From Candidatus Parcubacteria bacterium (lineage in GTDB: Bacteria > Patescibacteriota > Minisyncoccia > Phycocordibacterales > Zambryskibacteraceae): 57,665 bases of DNA. Under the pieces are notes generated by a model. That model was given only the letters and a program-made list of their open reading frames with translations, had not been told where the DNA came from and did no database searches. The stretch covers positions 1-57,665 of the forward strand of contig JAIFWJ010000004.1 of assembly GCA_019661865.1 (NCBI GenBank). Direction: 5' to 3'. Positions 26,592 to 35,663 of the stretch are shown here, piece after piece (the stretch's first letter is position 1; each line of letters starts with the position of its first letter). Position numbers and translations under genes: made by a program.

Positions 26592-28413
26592 ATAGATTTA
26601 TGCCTTCATTTGAGTATACAAGATTTGCGAAAGATAATTTCGACAAAAGGTTTGGATCTACATCCTTATCTACCACTATATAGTCTATTTTGTATTTCTT
26701 GAGTTCAGTATAGAGATCTGCTTTATAGAATTCTTTGTATTCTTGGGCCAATTCTTTATTAAGATTGTTGAAATGCTCATCAATTGCCTCCCTATCACTT
26801 ATAGAAGCAAGCCAGGAATTATTTGTATGTCTAAATATTTCCTTCCAATCCTGGAAGAAATTAGCTTGAACTTCCAGTGGATGACTGGACAGATACTGAT
26901 CGATTCCACTCGGCTTAATCCCGTCGACCCGTAGATGGATAAATAAGTTATGTTTAATTCTATCCTGAGGAATGCCTACAAACACATACGTGGTGTAATA
27001 AGTATTACAACTTGTAAATGCAGGGATATAGGCTGCCAGACTTTCCGTCTCTTCCTCGGCAAGAACCACACAATCTTCTCTAGCATAAGAGTTCAAATAA
27101 TTGAAGAGTCCTTCATAACGCTGTCTAGATCTTAGATCATTAAGAACATATGAATAGGAGGTAAGTACCCTAATATTAAATACAAATGCTAAACCTATAC
27201 AAAATACAGCAATAGAAACAAATAAAATTTTAAATTTATTAATATTATTAATAAATGCTAAGCAAACAGAAAGTACAATAAAACATAGTGGGATGATGTA
27301 TTGAACAAAGTGTTGCGGCCAGATGTTTCTGCCAGTGACAACCTGCTCGTTGGTGACTATAAGGCTCGCAAGCATTAATACCAGAACGAACCTTTCAGTA
27401 AAACCCATAGAATAATTCTCTTTCCTTCTCCACCACAAGAGCCCAAGCAATATTAAGGAACTCACTATTAGAAATTTATTAAGTAATAAATGATGTGTAA
27501 GGATTAGCCCATTTTTCAAAGCAGAGCCAGTTAAAATCAAGTGTGAAAAAAGAAACGGATAAACTTGGTAAAAAATAATGAGCCCTGATATAAGTAATGT
27601 TCCAAGAAAGTTTTTAGCTTCTAAGCGACGCCTTTCCATAAGACACAGAATTAATAGGAGAACTGAAACTACCAGGCCCAAAGTCAGAGAAAAAATATAT
27701 CCCGTCATGAGTCCGAGAAGGATACCCGCCAGGATAAAAATCCTTTTTCTTCCTATATAAACAAGCCAAGCGCAAATGAGAAAAGCGAAGAGATACAGAG
27801 CACCTGTTATAGGATTAACCAAACGCGTCCAAAGAGAAAGATAGAGAGACTGAGGTCCATGGGCAAGGATCTCTAAAACGCTCTTAAATTGTAACAAGTC
27901 GTACCCTAAAACTGACAAAACAGCTGCGAGCGAAGCATAAAGCTTAGGCCGCTCAACCCTTCCGCGAAGTAGAAGATAAGTAAGAGAATATATGAGCAAA
28001 AAAAGAATAAACGGCAAAATGAATTTACTCAACTCATCTACTAAAGGCAGTGGTATACCCAGAAGCGCTGGCAGAGCATATATGTATTCACCTGTTGGGG
28101 CTAGAGGGGTAGGAGTATTTTTGTACTCATATATCATAGGAGATCCAAGGGTTCTGTGACCATCCAAGATCTCATGAATTCTAGCCATGTATGTACTCTC
28201 ATAATCTTGGTACATAAATGGCACACCTTTGTATAAAACTCCCAAGTCCCTTATGGAAAGAAATGTTGGAAGAGCAAGCAGCACAGCCGCCACGACTCCA
28301 AGGATGAGGGCTCCATTATGGTGCTTAATTCTTTCTAAGTTATTTTTTACGAACGATGACATAAAGAATGGCAGATAGATGTATAGAGAAAGGCAGTCTT
28401 GACCCAATAACAT
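26578..28413 (-). CDS. Large polytopic membrane protein (possible YfhO-like GT-C), function unknown
   Basis: 611 aa with more than 10 TM helices followed by a ~200-aa soluble C-terminal domain. The true start may be the internal Met at 28362. Confidence 0.65.
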   Translation of the reverse strand: MLLGQDCLSLYIYLPFFMSSFVKNNLERIKHHNGALILGVVAAVLLALPTFLSIRDLGVLYKGVPFMYQDYESTYMARIHEILDGHRTLGSPMIYEYKNTPTPLAPTGEYIYALPALLGIPLPLVDELSKFILPFILFLLIYSLTYLLLRGRVERPKLYASLAAVLSVLGYDLLQFKSVLEILAHGPQSLYLSLWTRLVNPITGALYLFAFLICAWLVYIGRKRIFILAGILLGLMTGYIFSLTLGLVVSVLLLILCLMERRRLEAKNFLGTLLISGLIIFYQVYPFLFSHLILTGSALKNGLILTHHLLLNKFLIVSSLILLGLLWWRRKENYSMGFTERFVLVLMLASLIVTNEQVVTGRNIWPQHFVQYIIPLCFIVLSVCLAFINNINKFKILFVSIAVFCIGLAFVFNIRVLTSYSYVLNDLRSRQRYEGLFNYLNSYAREDCVVLAEEETESLAAYIPAFTSCNTYYTTYVFVGIPQDRIKHNLFIHLRVDGIKPSGIDQYLSSHPLEVQANFFQDWKEIFRHTNNSWLASISDREAIDEHFNNLNKELAQEYKEFYKADLYTELKKYKIDYIVVDKDVDPNLLSKLSFANLVYSNEGINLYEVK

Positions 28414-29035
28414 CTAAAATTTTAATAGGAAAGAATATAAACATAAAAAGGTTTACAAGTATCCAGTATACAAACTCCGAATTGAAAGAGAATATTGTGG
28501 CACATATATAACAGAGCCAAGTGGCAAGTAAGGAGAAGGGTCCCGCTCTCACCCCTATCTCTTCAATTTCAAAATTCTTAAACAACTCTCTCACTCCTGC
28601 ATGAGTCCAGCGGGTATAGTCATCTGGGGAGGCATGAAATGGATATAGGAAAGGAACAGTAGTATATGCATAACCACCCGACCTAAGTACTCTATGCATT
28701 TCAGAAACAGCTCCCTCGGGATTCTTAACATGTTCTAAGACTGTATTACATATGGCACTGTCAATTGAATTATCTTCGAACGGAAGTTTAGTGATATCTG
28801 CTACAACTGAGACACTTGGGTATTTATGAGCATCGACATTTATTACTCTTTCATCAATTATTTCTGGACCAGATCCAAGATTAACAATCTTTCCACCTTG
28901 ATGAAGTTTTATAAAATTCTTTTGACTTACTCCACTCCACCATACCGGACTGAAAACTTCACGAACGATAAAATAGAACCTCGGCCATTTCTTGAAATAG
29001 TCTCTAATATTTCCCGGGTCTTTAGTAATTTTCAT
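28340..29035 (-). CDS. SAM-dependent methyltransferase (type 11) with a C-terminal membrane segment
   Basis: VNLGSGPE..DITKLPFEDNSIDSAICNTVLEHVKNPEGAVSEMHRVLRSGG. Confidence 0.8.
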   Translation of the reverse strand: MKITKDPGNIRDYFKKWPRFYFIVREVFSPVWWSGVSQKNFIKLHQGGKIVNLGSGPEIIDERVINVDAHKYPSVSVVADITKLPFEDNSIDSAICNTVLEHVKNPEGAVSEMHRVLRSGGYAYTTVPFLYPFHASPDDYTRWTHAGVRELFKNFEIEEIGVRAGPFSLLATWLCYICATIFSFNSEFVYWILVNLFMFIFFPIKILDVIGSRLPFSIHLSAILYVIVRKK

Positions 29036-29775
29036 ACTTCAGGCTTTTCCGCAATTACGCATAGAGATACACCGAACGGGAAGTCCACCAAGCGGAAAAG
29101 CCAAGATTCAATTTTAAATATCATGTAGAAGATAGAATTTAGAATCCCTGGTGTAGATTCTACTTCATTCTCTGGTTTATATCTCTGAGGGAGTGACTTG
29201 TTAATTTTTCGGACTATAAGAATAGGCAGAAACAGAAATGTATTGAAATACGATGCGCGTAGTATATTTAGTCCTGCTTCCCTCACCTTCTTTTCTAAAT
29301 CTGATTTTGTATATCGTCTAAAGTGATGAGCCACTTCATCGGTCACTCCCCACAGAAACATAAACGCCGGGACAAATATGATTACTACCCCACCTGGTCT
29401 TGCTACCCTCTTGAGCTCTTGGATTGCCCTTACATCGTCTCCTACATGCTCGATAACATCGAGTGCAAGAACTACATCATATAGATTACTAATAGCCGGA
29501 AGATTTTCTGCTCTGCCTGGCCTTACGTCTTGGATCCCTCGTTGTTTACAGAATGTAACCGCTTTGTCAGAGAAGTCTATCCCTGTAGCCTCCCCGTGAC
29601 GTTCTAGTTCTCCCAAGAGGGCTCCCGTACCGCATCCCATATCTAAGATCTTTAGACTCCCATCCATAGGTCCTCCGTACTTCTTAATCAAGAAGTGGGT
29701 CATCCCTCTTCTTACCTTATACCACCAATGATTAGACTCCTCCTCGAACAGGACGTCATAGTATGAGGCCTTCAT
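29032..29775 (-). CDS. Class I SAM-dependent methyltransferase
   Basis: ILDMGCGTGALLGELERHGEATGIDFS..ALDVIEHVGDD..RPGGVVIIFVPA. Confidence 0.85.
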   Translation of the reverse strand: MKASYYDVLFEEESNHWWYKVRRGMTHFLIKKYGGPMDGSLKILDMGCGTGALLGELERHGEATGIDFSDKAVTFCKQRGIQDVRPGRAENLPAISNLYDVVLALDVIEHVGDDVRAIQELKRVARPGGVVIIFVPAFMFLWGVTDEVAHHFRRYTKSDLEKKVREAGLNILRASYFNTFLFLPILIVRKINKSLPQRYKPENEVESTPGILNSIFYMIFKIESWLFRLVDFPFGVSLCVIAEKPEV

Positions 29776-29789
29776 GTATGGGCGATTCT

Positions 29790-29827
29790 AGCAAAAGAAT
29801 AGACCCCTCGCTAGAGACGAGGGGTCT
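29790..29827 (-). terminator. Rho-independent terminator (minus strand)
   Basis: A perfect 10-bp stem, agacccctcg / cgaggggtct (29801-29810 / 29818-29827), followed on the minus RNA by AUUCUUUUGC. Confidence 0.6.
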
Positions 29828-29831
29828 GATA

Positions 29832-30377
29832 CTAATGCAGGTAAATGACGATGGTTACGACCAGGGCAATGGCGATAATCATCCCTTCAACCGGCTTCAG
29901 TTTGATATTATGCCCACCGTTAACCTTTGGTCGCCTATACTCCCATCCGAAGGAGGGTCTCAGGCTTCCGGGCAGAGGCCAGAGATAAGTCGCATCCGTA
30001 TCCTTATACTCAGGAGCAATGTGTGTAAACACATCGACCAGAACATGAAGGAAGATAGCACTCAGAAGGAAACCTCTGACCGACGGAATTGCCCAAGTAC
30101 CGCTCAAGAGAGCCAGGATAACAAGGATAGCCCCTACCACGAATGAATGGGTAGCCTCGATAAACCAGGGCAGCCTACTCCAGTTGGAGAACGGAGGTCT
30201 GCCTTGCATCTTGTCCAGAGCATACTTCACGAAGGTGAAGCCGTCGGGTGCCATCGAGCCCATAATACATGCAATCTGGACAGTAGGTTCGTGAGGAAAG
30301 AATACCGCTCCAGCTAGAGCACCGAGTACTCCATGTGTATAAGTTTGCACTGAAATCTCCTCTGCGATAAGGTGCAA
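29832..30377 (-). CDS. Membrane-bound metal-dependent hydrolase-like protein (YdjM/DUF457-like)
   Basis: The pattern THGVLGALAG..H..HVLVDVFTH is present, with 4 TM helices. An alternative start is the GTG at 30348-30350, preceded by GAGGAG-6 nt. The region looks GC-richer than its flanks. Confidence 0.65.
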   Translation of the reverse strand: MHLIAEEISVQTYTHGVLGALAGAVFFPHEPTVQIACIMGSMAPDGFTFVKYALDKMQGRPPFSNWSRLPWFIEATHSFVVGAILVILALLSGTWAIPSVRGFLLSAIFLHVLVDVFTHIAPEYKDTDATYLWPLPGSLRPSFGWEYRRPKVNGGHNIKLKPVEGMIIAIALVVTIVIYLH

Positions 30378-30388
30378 TTTACTCTATT

Positions 30389-30417
30389 TACAATAGACCA
30401 AATTTGCTATTTTGTCA
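30389..30417 (-). promoter_or_regulatory. Sigma-70-like promoter (TTGACA-17-TATTGT) for the 29832..30377 gene
   Basis: The minus strand has TTGACA (complement of 30412-30417), a 17-nt spacer, and TATTGT (complement of 30389-30394). Confidence 0.4.
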
Positions 30418-30419
30418 AG

Positions 30420-30446
30420 TATAAAAAGTCCCCCGTTAGGGAGACT
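30420..30446 (-). terminator. Rho-independent terminator overlapping the stop codon of the 30436..31317 gene
   Basis: The minus RNA reads AGUCUCCC-UAAC-GGGGGACU followed by UUUUAU. Confidence 0.55.
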
Positions 30447-31317
30447 GGAACAGTCTGCGGATCCCTTCTTCGAGATCCACTTTCGGTTCAAATTGTAGAA
30501 GCTTTTTCATCTTTTCAGTAGAGCCAACGTACCGCATTTGCTCGTCCTTTCTGTACGCCACTCTGCCGAGCTCCGCAAATCCCTTCCTGCCAGAGACATC
30601 CTCCACCAACCTCACTACTTCCTTTACTTTAACCTCTTGGCCAGAGCAGACATTTATGATCTGTCCCCGGCAAGTGGCTATCTTCTTAGCGGCAAGCACC
30701 AGGGCCTCCACTGCATCATCGATGTAGATGAAGTCTCTGGTCTGCTCACCAGGAGGAAGAGAGATTGGCATGTTAGTCTTTAAGGCCGAGAAGAGGGCTC
30801 CCAGGAGAGTGTCCTTTCTCTGACCTTTACCGTAGACCACGGAGAAACGCAACACCGTAGCTGGCCACATGGAGCCAAAGTCTATGATGTGGCTGGTAGC
30901 CCAGGACTTGGTAAGGCCGTACAGGCTTACAGGATCAATAGGTCTCGCTTCTTCATAGGGTACTCTTGCCCTTCCGTATTCAGAGAAGGACCCAGCTGCC
31001 ACCAAGGCCTGGGCTCTTACCTCAAGCGCTGCCGAGATAATATTCATGGCCCCAAAAAGATTTGGGTCCTCTGTTTCTCTTCGAACTTGGCTTTTCTCTC
31101 TTTCTAAATCGGCAGCTAAGTGGAAGATCCACTCAGGTCTCACCTCATTTACAACTTGGAGCAATCTTTTTCTGTCGGTAACATCTCCCTTGTGGAAGTT
31201 TCCTGGACCGTGGCCCGGATGCCTTGAGAATAAGTGCACCTCATGTCCGTCGACGCATAATCTCCTGGCCAGGTATGTGCCCAGAAATCCTGTACCGCCG
31301 GTGATAAAGACCCTCAT
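30436..31317 (-). CDS. NAD-dependent sugar epimerase/dehydratase (extended SDR)
   Basis: MRVFITGGTGFLGTYLARRL and the YGLTK catalytic motif. Confidence 0.85.
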   Translation of the reverse strand: MRVFITGGTGFLGTYLARRLCVDGHEVHLFSRHPGHGPGNFHKGDVTDRKRLLQVVNEVRPEWIFHLAADLEREKSQVRRETEDPNLFGAMNIISAALEVRAQALVAAGSFSEYGRARVPYEEARPIDPVSLYGLTKSWATSHIIDFGSMWPATVLRFSVVYGKGQRKDTLLGALFSALKTNMPISLPPGEQTRDFIYIDDAVEALVLAAKKIATCRGQIINVCSGQEVKVKEVVRLVEDVSGRKGFAELGRVAYRKDEQMRYVGSTEKMKKLLQFEPKVDLEEGIRRLFQSP

Positions 31318-31392
31318 GTCTCACACTCCCATGTTTTAAACTCTGTCTTTCTTAAGACAATCAACAAATGCCTTTGAAGTCAAGCTACTCTA

Positions 31393-31421
31393 TTGCCACG
31401 AATTTACTCCTAAGATATAGT
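31393..31421 (+). promoter_or_regulatory. Sigma-70-like promoter TTGCCA-17-TATAGT, 7 nt upstream of the ATG at 31429
   Basis: TTGCCA at 31393-31398 and TATAGT at 31416-31421. No SD sequence lies between the -10 box and the ATG. Confidence 0.5.
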
Positions 31422-31428
31422 ACGCTCG

Positions 31429-32172
31429 ATGAAAGGTGTCATACTTGCAGGCGGGAAAGGAACTCGTCTATATCCATTAACCCGGGTTACTAATAAACAT
31501 CTCTTGCCGGTTTATGATAAGCCCATTATTTACTACAGTATTGAGAAGTTGGTCAGTGCAGGTATAGACCGCATTATGATTGTCACTGCTCCAGAGCATT
31601 TAGACAATTATGTGCAGCTTCTAGGATCTGGAGAAAACTTTATTTCTCCTGATACTAACAAGCAGATCCAGATAGTTTATGGTATTCAAAACGAGGCGTC
31701 GGGTATAGCTTATGGTCTTTATATAGCCAGAGAGTACGTCGGGCATGATAATTGTGTTCTCTATCTGGGTGACAACATCATCGAAGATAATTTAACTGAA
31801 CACATTAGGAATTTCAGGCACGGAGCTACAGTATTTCTAAAAAAAGTCCCCGACCCAGAAAGATTCGGTGTGGCAACTATAGATAAAAATAATTCTGTTA
31901 AAGAAATCATCGAGAAGCCGAAAAATCCGAAGAGTGACTTAGCAGTCGTCGGCGTATACCTCTATGACAATACAGTATTCGAAAAGATGGTCGGCCAGCC
32001 TGCTTCCAAACGTGGAGAGAAAGAGATCACATATATAAATAATAAATACATTAAGGAAGGAGGCCTGCATGCAGTAACTCTAGAGAAAGAATGGTTCGAC
32101 ATAGGCACCTTCGATAGTCTTGCCGCAGCGACAAACTTTATGATGGACAAATTCAAAAATGAAAAAAAGTAA
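31429..32172 (+). CDS. rmlA: Sugar-1-phosphate nucleotidylyltransferase (glucose-1-phosphate thymidylyltransferase-like, short form)
   Basis: MKGVILAGGKGTRLYPLTRVTNKHLLPVYDKPIIYY is the RmlA/RfbA signature. Confidence 0.85.
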   Translation: MKGVILAGGKGTRLYPLTRVTNKHLLPVYDKPIIYYSIEKLVSAGIDRIMIVTAPEHLDNYVQLLGSGENFISPDTNKQIQIVYGIQNEASGIAYGLYIAREYVGHDNCVLYLGDNIIEDNLTEHIRNFRHGATVFLKKVPDPERFGVATIDKNNSVKEIIEKPKNPKSDLAVVGVYLYDNTVFEKMVGQPASKRGEKEITYINNKYIKEGGLHAVTLEKEWFDIGTFDSLAAATNFMMDKFKNEKK

Positions 32173-33124
32173 AGTTTCTAAAAAGACAATCCTTGTCACC
32201 GGAGTAGCAGGATTTATGGGCAGTGATTTTATAAATTACGCAGTCATAAAATATCCAAGATACAATTTCGTAGGGATAGACTCTCTAACTGGAGTGTCTG
32301 ATAAAAATAATATAGAAGTACGTGATAAGAATAATTTTGTGTTCGTACGTGTAGATATCAGAGATCGCACAGAACTCCAAAAGATTTTCCATGAATATAA
32401 ACCTACAGATGTTATCCACTTCGCGGCGGAAACTCATGTCGACTTAAGTATTAAAAATCCAATTATATTCTCCGAGACTAATGTAAACGGGACAAATAAC
32501 CTCCTATACCTCAGCAAAATGTATAAGATTAGTCGCTTTCACTTTATATCAACCGATGAGGTCTATGGATCTCTTAAACTTGGTGATAAATCCTGGACTG
32601 AAACATCCCCCACATCTCCCAATAATCCTTACAGTGCTTCTAAAGCTGCAGCAGAATTATTTGCTCTTTCATATCACAAGACCTTTGGCATGGATATTGT
32701 CATAACCAGAAGTTCCAACAACTTCGGTCCAAGACAAGACAGAACTAAGATGATTCCACTTTTTATTTCAAAACTTTTAAAGAAAGAAAAAATCCCTCTT
32801 TATGGAAAAGGTTTGCAGATGCGTGATTGGTTATATGTGAGAGATCATTCCATAGCTGTCGATCATGTATTCCACAAGGGTAAACAAGGAGAAATATATA
32901 ATGTCACCGGAGGAAACGAAATGAGAAATATCGATCTAGTTAAAAAACTCCTTAAATTATTTGGACTCAACAGTAAGTACATTGGGCATGTTAAGGACAG
33001 ACTTGGACACGACTTCCGTTACTCTTTGGATGGGAGTAAACTCCATAAACTGGGCTGGTCTCCTGGCACATCTTTCAGAGAAGGACTGGAAAAAACTCTA
33101 AGTTTTTATCGTAGGAATCGGTAA
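32159..33124 (+). CDS. rmlB: dTDP-glucose 4,6-dehydratase
   Basis: ILVTGVAGFMGSDF, STDEVYGS and YSASKAAAE motifs. It overlaps rmlA by 14 nt. Confidence 0.9.
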   Translation: MKKSKVSKKTILVTGVAGFMGSDFINYAVIKYPRYNFVGIDSLTGVSDKNNIEVRDKNNFVFVRVDIRDRTELQKIFHEYKPTDVIHFAAETHVDLSIKNPIIFSETNVNGTNNLLYLSKMYKISRFHFISTDEVYGSLKLGDKSWTETSPTSPNNPYSASKAAAELFALSYHKTFGMDIVITRSSNNFGPRQDRTKMIPLFISKLLKKEKIPLYGKGLQMRDWLYVRDHSIAVDHVFHKGKQGEIYNVTGGNEMRNIDLVKKLLKLFGLNSKYIGHVKDRLGHDFRYSLDGSKLHKLGWSPGTSFREGLEKTLSFYRRNR

Positions 33125-33825
33125 TTCCAAAGATTTTTCAAGAATTCTAGTATCGAAGCAGCGTTTACAAATGAAGTTCTTCTGCTGTTTTTCATAAAAA
33201 CTGTTGGTATTTGAGCAATTTTAAATTTATTCTCGGTTGCTTGAATTATTATTTCTGGATCGATAAACCAGTCGTCGGACTTAAGATCGAGCTTGTTTAA
33301 CGCCTCAAGAGTAAAGATCTTAGGCTTAGAATTAGCATCAAAAACCTTAACCTGTGGAAAAAGGATTCTGAGAAGGATGTTATAAACTTTAGATATAAAA
33401 GTTCTTTTTAAAGGATCATGCCGCTTTGTTCTATAAGTAAGAGCCATATCAGAACCAGTATTGTGGAGCTCTCTATATACTCTTACTACGTCCTCGGCCG
33501 GCATTTGTCCATCACCATCAATATAAGCCACTGTTTTACCTTGAGCGAGAGTGAGCCCTGCTCTAACATCCCAACCGTACATACCTTCTTTAGGCTTGGA
33601 AATTATTTTCAGACGAGGATCGTGTATGGATAACGACTTTGCCACACGTGGAGTATCATCTTGAACACCTGGTTTGTAATTAGCCACAAGGATAATCTCG
33701 AAATTTAAATCATTTTCTTCTAGAGAACTCTTCATTTGAGAAACAAAGTCTTCTATAGACCTACCATCTCTGTAGCAGAGGATGACGACAGATATATCAG
33801 GAATGTTTGAGGTTTCCTTTTTCAA
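33106..33825 (-). CDS. GT2 polyprenol-phosphate glycosyltransferase (GtrB/DPM1-like)
   Basis: ISVVILCYRDGRSI..YIDGDGQMP (DxD) are typical of GT2 dolichol/undecaprenol-phosphate sugar synthases. Confidence 0.8.
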   Translation of the reverse strand: MKKETSNIPDISVVILCYRDGRSIEDFVSQMKSSLEENDLNFEIILVANYKPGVQDDTPRVAKSLSIHDPRLKIISKPKEGMYGWDVRAGLTLAQGKTVAYIDGDGQMPAEDVVRVYRELHNTGSDMALTYRTKRHDPLKRTFISKVYNILLRILFPQVKVFDANSKPKIFTLEALNKLDLKSDDWFIDPEIIIQATENKFKIAQIPTVFMKNSRRTSFVNAASILEFLKNLWNYRFLR

Positions 33826-35257
33826 AATATTCTTTTTCGTTACCTACTTCTTCTATATCATATTTCTTCCCGTCGATAATACTCTTGGCAGCGAGCATAC
33901 CCATTTCCAAAGAGTGATCTTGATTATTGTATCTAAACCTTCCTGGACGGCCAATGTAAAACAAATTATCGAACTTATCTAACGCCATTTTAACTTTGTC
34001 TAAGTAAGTTTTGTAATTTATATCATAGAGAGGATAATTATTTAAATTTCTAATATGATAGACCTCTCTAACTTCTGAAGGCTTGAAGAAACCCAATTTA
34101 TCGAAGTACGGTAAGGAAAGCTTGGTCAGTTCTTCTTTATTCATATTCCAGATCGCATCATCTTCCGAACAGAAAAACTCCACAAAGATAGAGGTCTTCC
34201 CCTTAGGAGACATTTCTTGACTGAAATTTCTCATCTCGCTAATACGGGCAAATGGGATGTCCTTGTCTGGTATATATATCCATTGGTCCCGGGTTATCGA
34301 CTCTTTATTCAGTGTGATAAACAGAAATACCTGACTCCTATGTTTCAGTTTATCATTAGCGTCAAGAACTTCTTTAGAAAGTGGAGGCTCCACAAGATGG
34401 ACAAACTCTGTAAGTGGTATTGACTCTACTAAGTACTTGAATACCACTTCCGCTTCACCTTCAGGCGTTTGAATTATGACTTTATTTATATGATTACCAG
34501 AATGCAAGATCTTAACCGGGTATGAGTTAAGAAGAATCTGGTGACCGGACTCCTCTACACGCCTGGCAATCGTGTCATATATAAGTCCGGTTCCCTTGCT
34601 AGGATAAAAGAAGGTGTCTATCAAGGTCTTCGGTTTATTTTTAAAATTTATTCCAAGAGCTTTCGTCACGGCATCCTTTAAGAGGCTGGTGATACTTAGA
34701 CCTTTGATTCTTTGGCCAGCAAAGTCCTCATGCAGATCTTCCGAAGGGATTCCCCAGATCTTCTCCGCATAATGAATCATATTAAATTCTCCCAGTCCCT
34801 TACCGAAGTGCTTATAAACATAATCCTTAAAATTTCTAACCGGACGTTTGAAAATAGAATATTTTATTCTGGCCCAAACATACTGTACCCCCATGATACT
34901 TGCCCTAAAAAACCCAATATTCCTAAGGGCTTGTGGAGCATTTATCGGATAGTCGTAATACTTGCCTTTAATGAGTTGGCGAGAATGCCTTTCCACTGTT
35001 ATCCAATCTTCATCTATAAGTTCTTCTATAAAATTATAGAGATACTGGTTTTTAGAGTAGAAGCGGTGTGGTCCATTATCGGCCCGAAATACCAGACCAT
35101 CTTTTTCTTTAAAAATATATGTCTTAGAGAGTCCTCCAACTTGAGAATCCTTCTCGACCAGAAGAAAGTCCTTACCAGCCTTAAGGAGTTCCATGGCTGT
35201 GGCCATACCCGCTGGGCCTGCTCCTATTATTAGAGTCTCTGTCTTAATACTTTTCAT
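33797..35257 (-). CDS. FAD-dependent oxidoreductase, UDP-galactopyranose-mutase-like
   Basis: IIGAGPAGMATAMELLKAGKDFLLVEKDSQVGGL is the FAD-binding Rossmann motif. C-terminal GRPGRFRYNNQDHSLEMG resembles the GR.G.Y.Y..MD motif of Glf-type mutases. Confidence 0.75.
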   Translation of the reverse strand: MKSIKTETLIIGAGPAGMATAMELLKAGKDFLLVEKDSQVGGLSKTYIFKEKDGLVFRADNGPHRFYSKNQYLYNFIEELIDEDWITVERHSRQLIKGKYYDYPINAPQALRNIGFFRASIMGVQYVWARIKYSIFKRPVRNFKDYVYKHFGKGLGEFNMIHYAEKIWGIPSEDLHEDFAGQRIKGLSITSLLKDAVTKALGINFKNKPKTLIDTFFYPSKGTGLIYDTIARRVEESGHQILLNSYPVKILHSGNHINKVIIQTPEGEAEVVFKYLVESIPLTEFVHLVEPPLSKEVLDANDKLKHRSQVFLFITLNKESITRDQWIYIPDKDIPFARISEMRNFSQEMSPKGKTSIFVEFFCSEDDAIWNMNKEELTKLSLPYFDKLGFFKPSEVREVYHIRNLNNYPLYDINYKTYLDKVKMALDKFDNLFYIGRPGRFRYNNQDHSLEMGMLAAKSIIDGKKYDIEEVGNEKEYFEKGNLKHS

Positions 35258-35663
35258 CCCGAGTTTTATAAAACACTAAATATTTATATACGAAATAGCT
35301 GTAAATAGCCAAAATCCCATTCACAATAAATTGCGCCCCAAGATATTGAAGATGCATTATATCAACTGACAAGTACATGCCCAAGGTATTCAGACCTAAG
35401 TTAATTAGAGAAACTAAAAGATAAGTTGAGAGTTCTACTGGTATCCTATCTTTTGAGTCTTCCTGAAACGTAAAGTATTTCTGCATAATAAAACTTGCTC
35501 CAAAGGCTACAATAAACCCAACTACAGCTGAGATCAGATACTGTACACGAAGAACATGCACCAAAATATAAAGAACTCCCAAGTCGACTACAGCCGCGGT
35601 TCCACCAGAAATAAGGTAACGGATTATACGACCATATCTTGAATTTAAAATATTTCTAATCAT
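35244..35663 (-). CDS. GtrA-family membrane protein (polyprenol-phosphate-sugar translocation)
   Basis: 139 aa with 4 TM helices. YLISGGTAAVVDLGVLYILV matches the GtrA family. Confidence 0.8.
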   Translation of the reverse strand: MIRNILNSRYGRIIRYLISGGTAAVVDLGVLYILVHVLRVQYLISAVVGFIVAFGASFIMQKYFTFQEDSKDRIPVELSTYLLVSLINLGLNTLGMYLSVDIMHLQYLGAQFIVNGILAIYSYFVYKYLVFYKTRDEKY

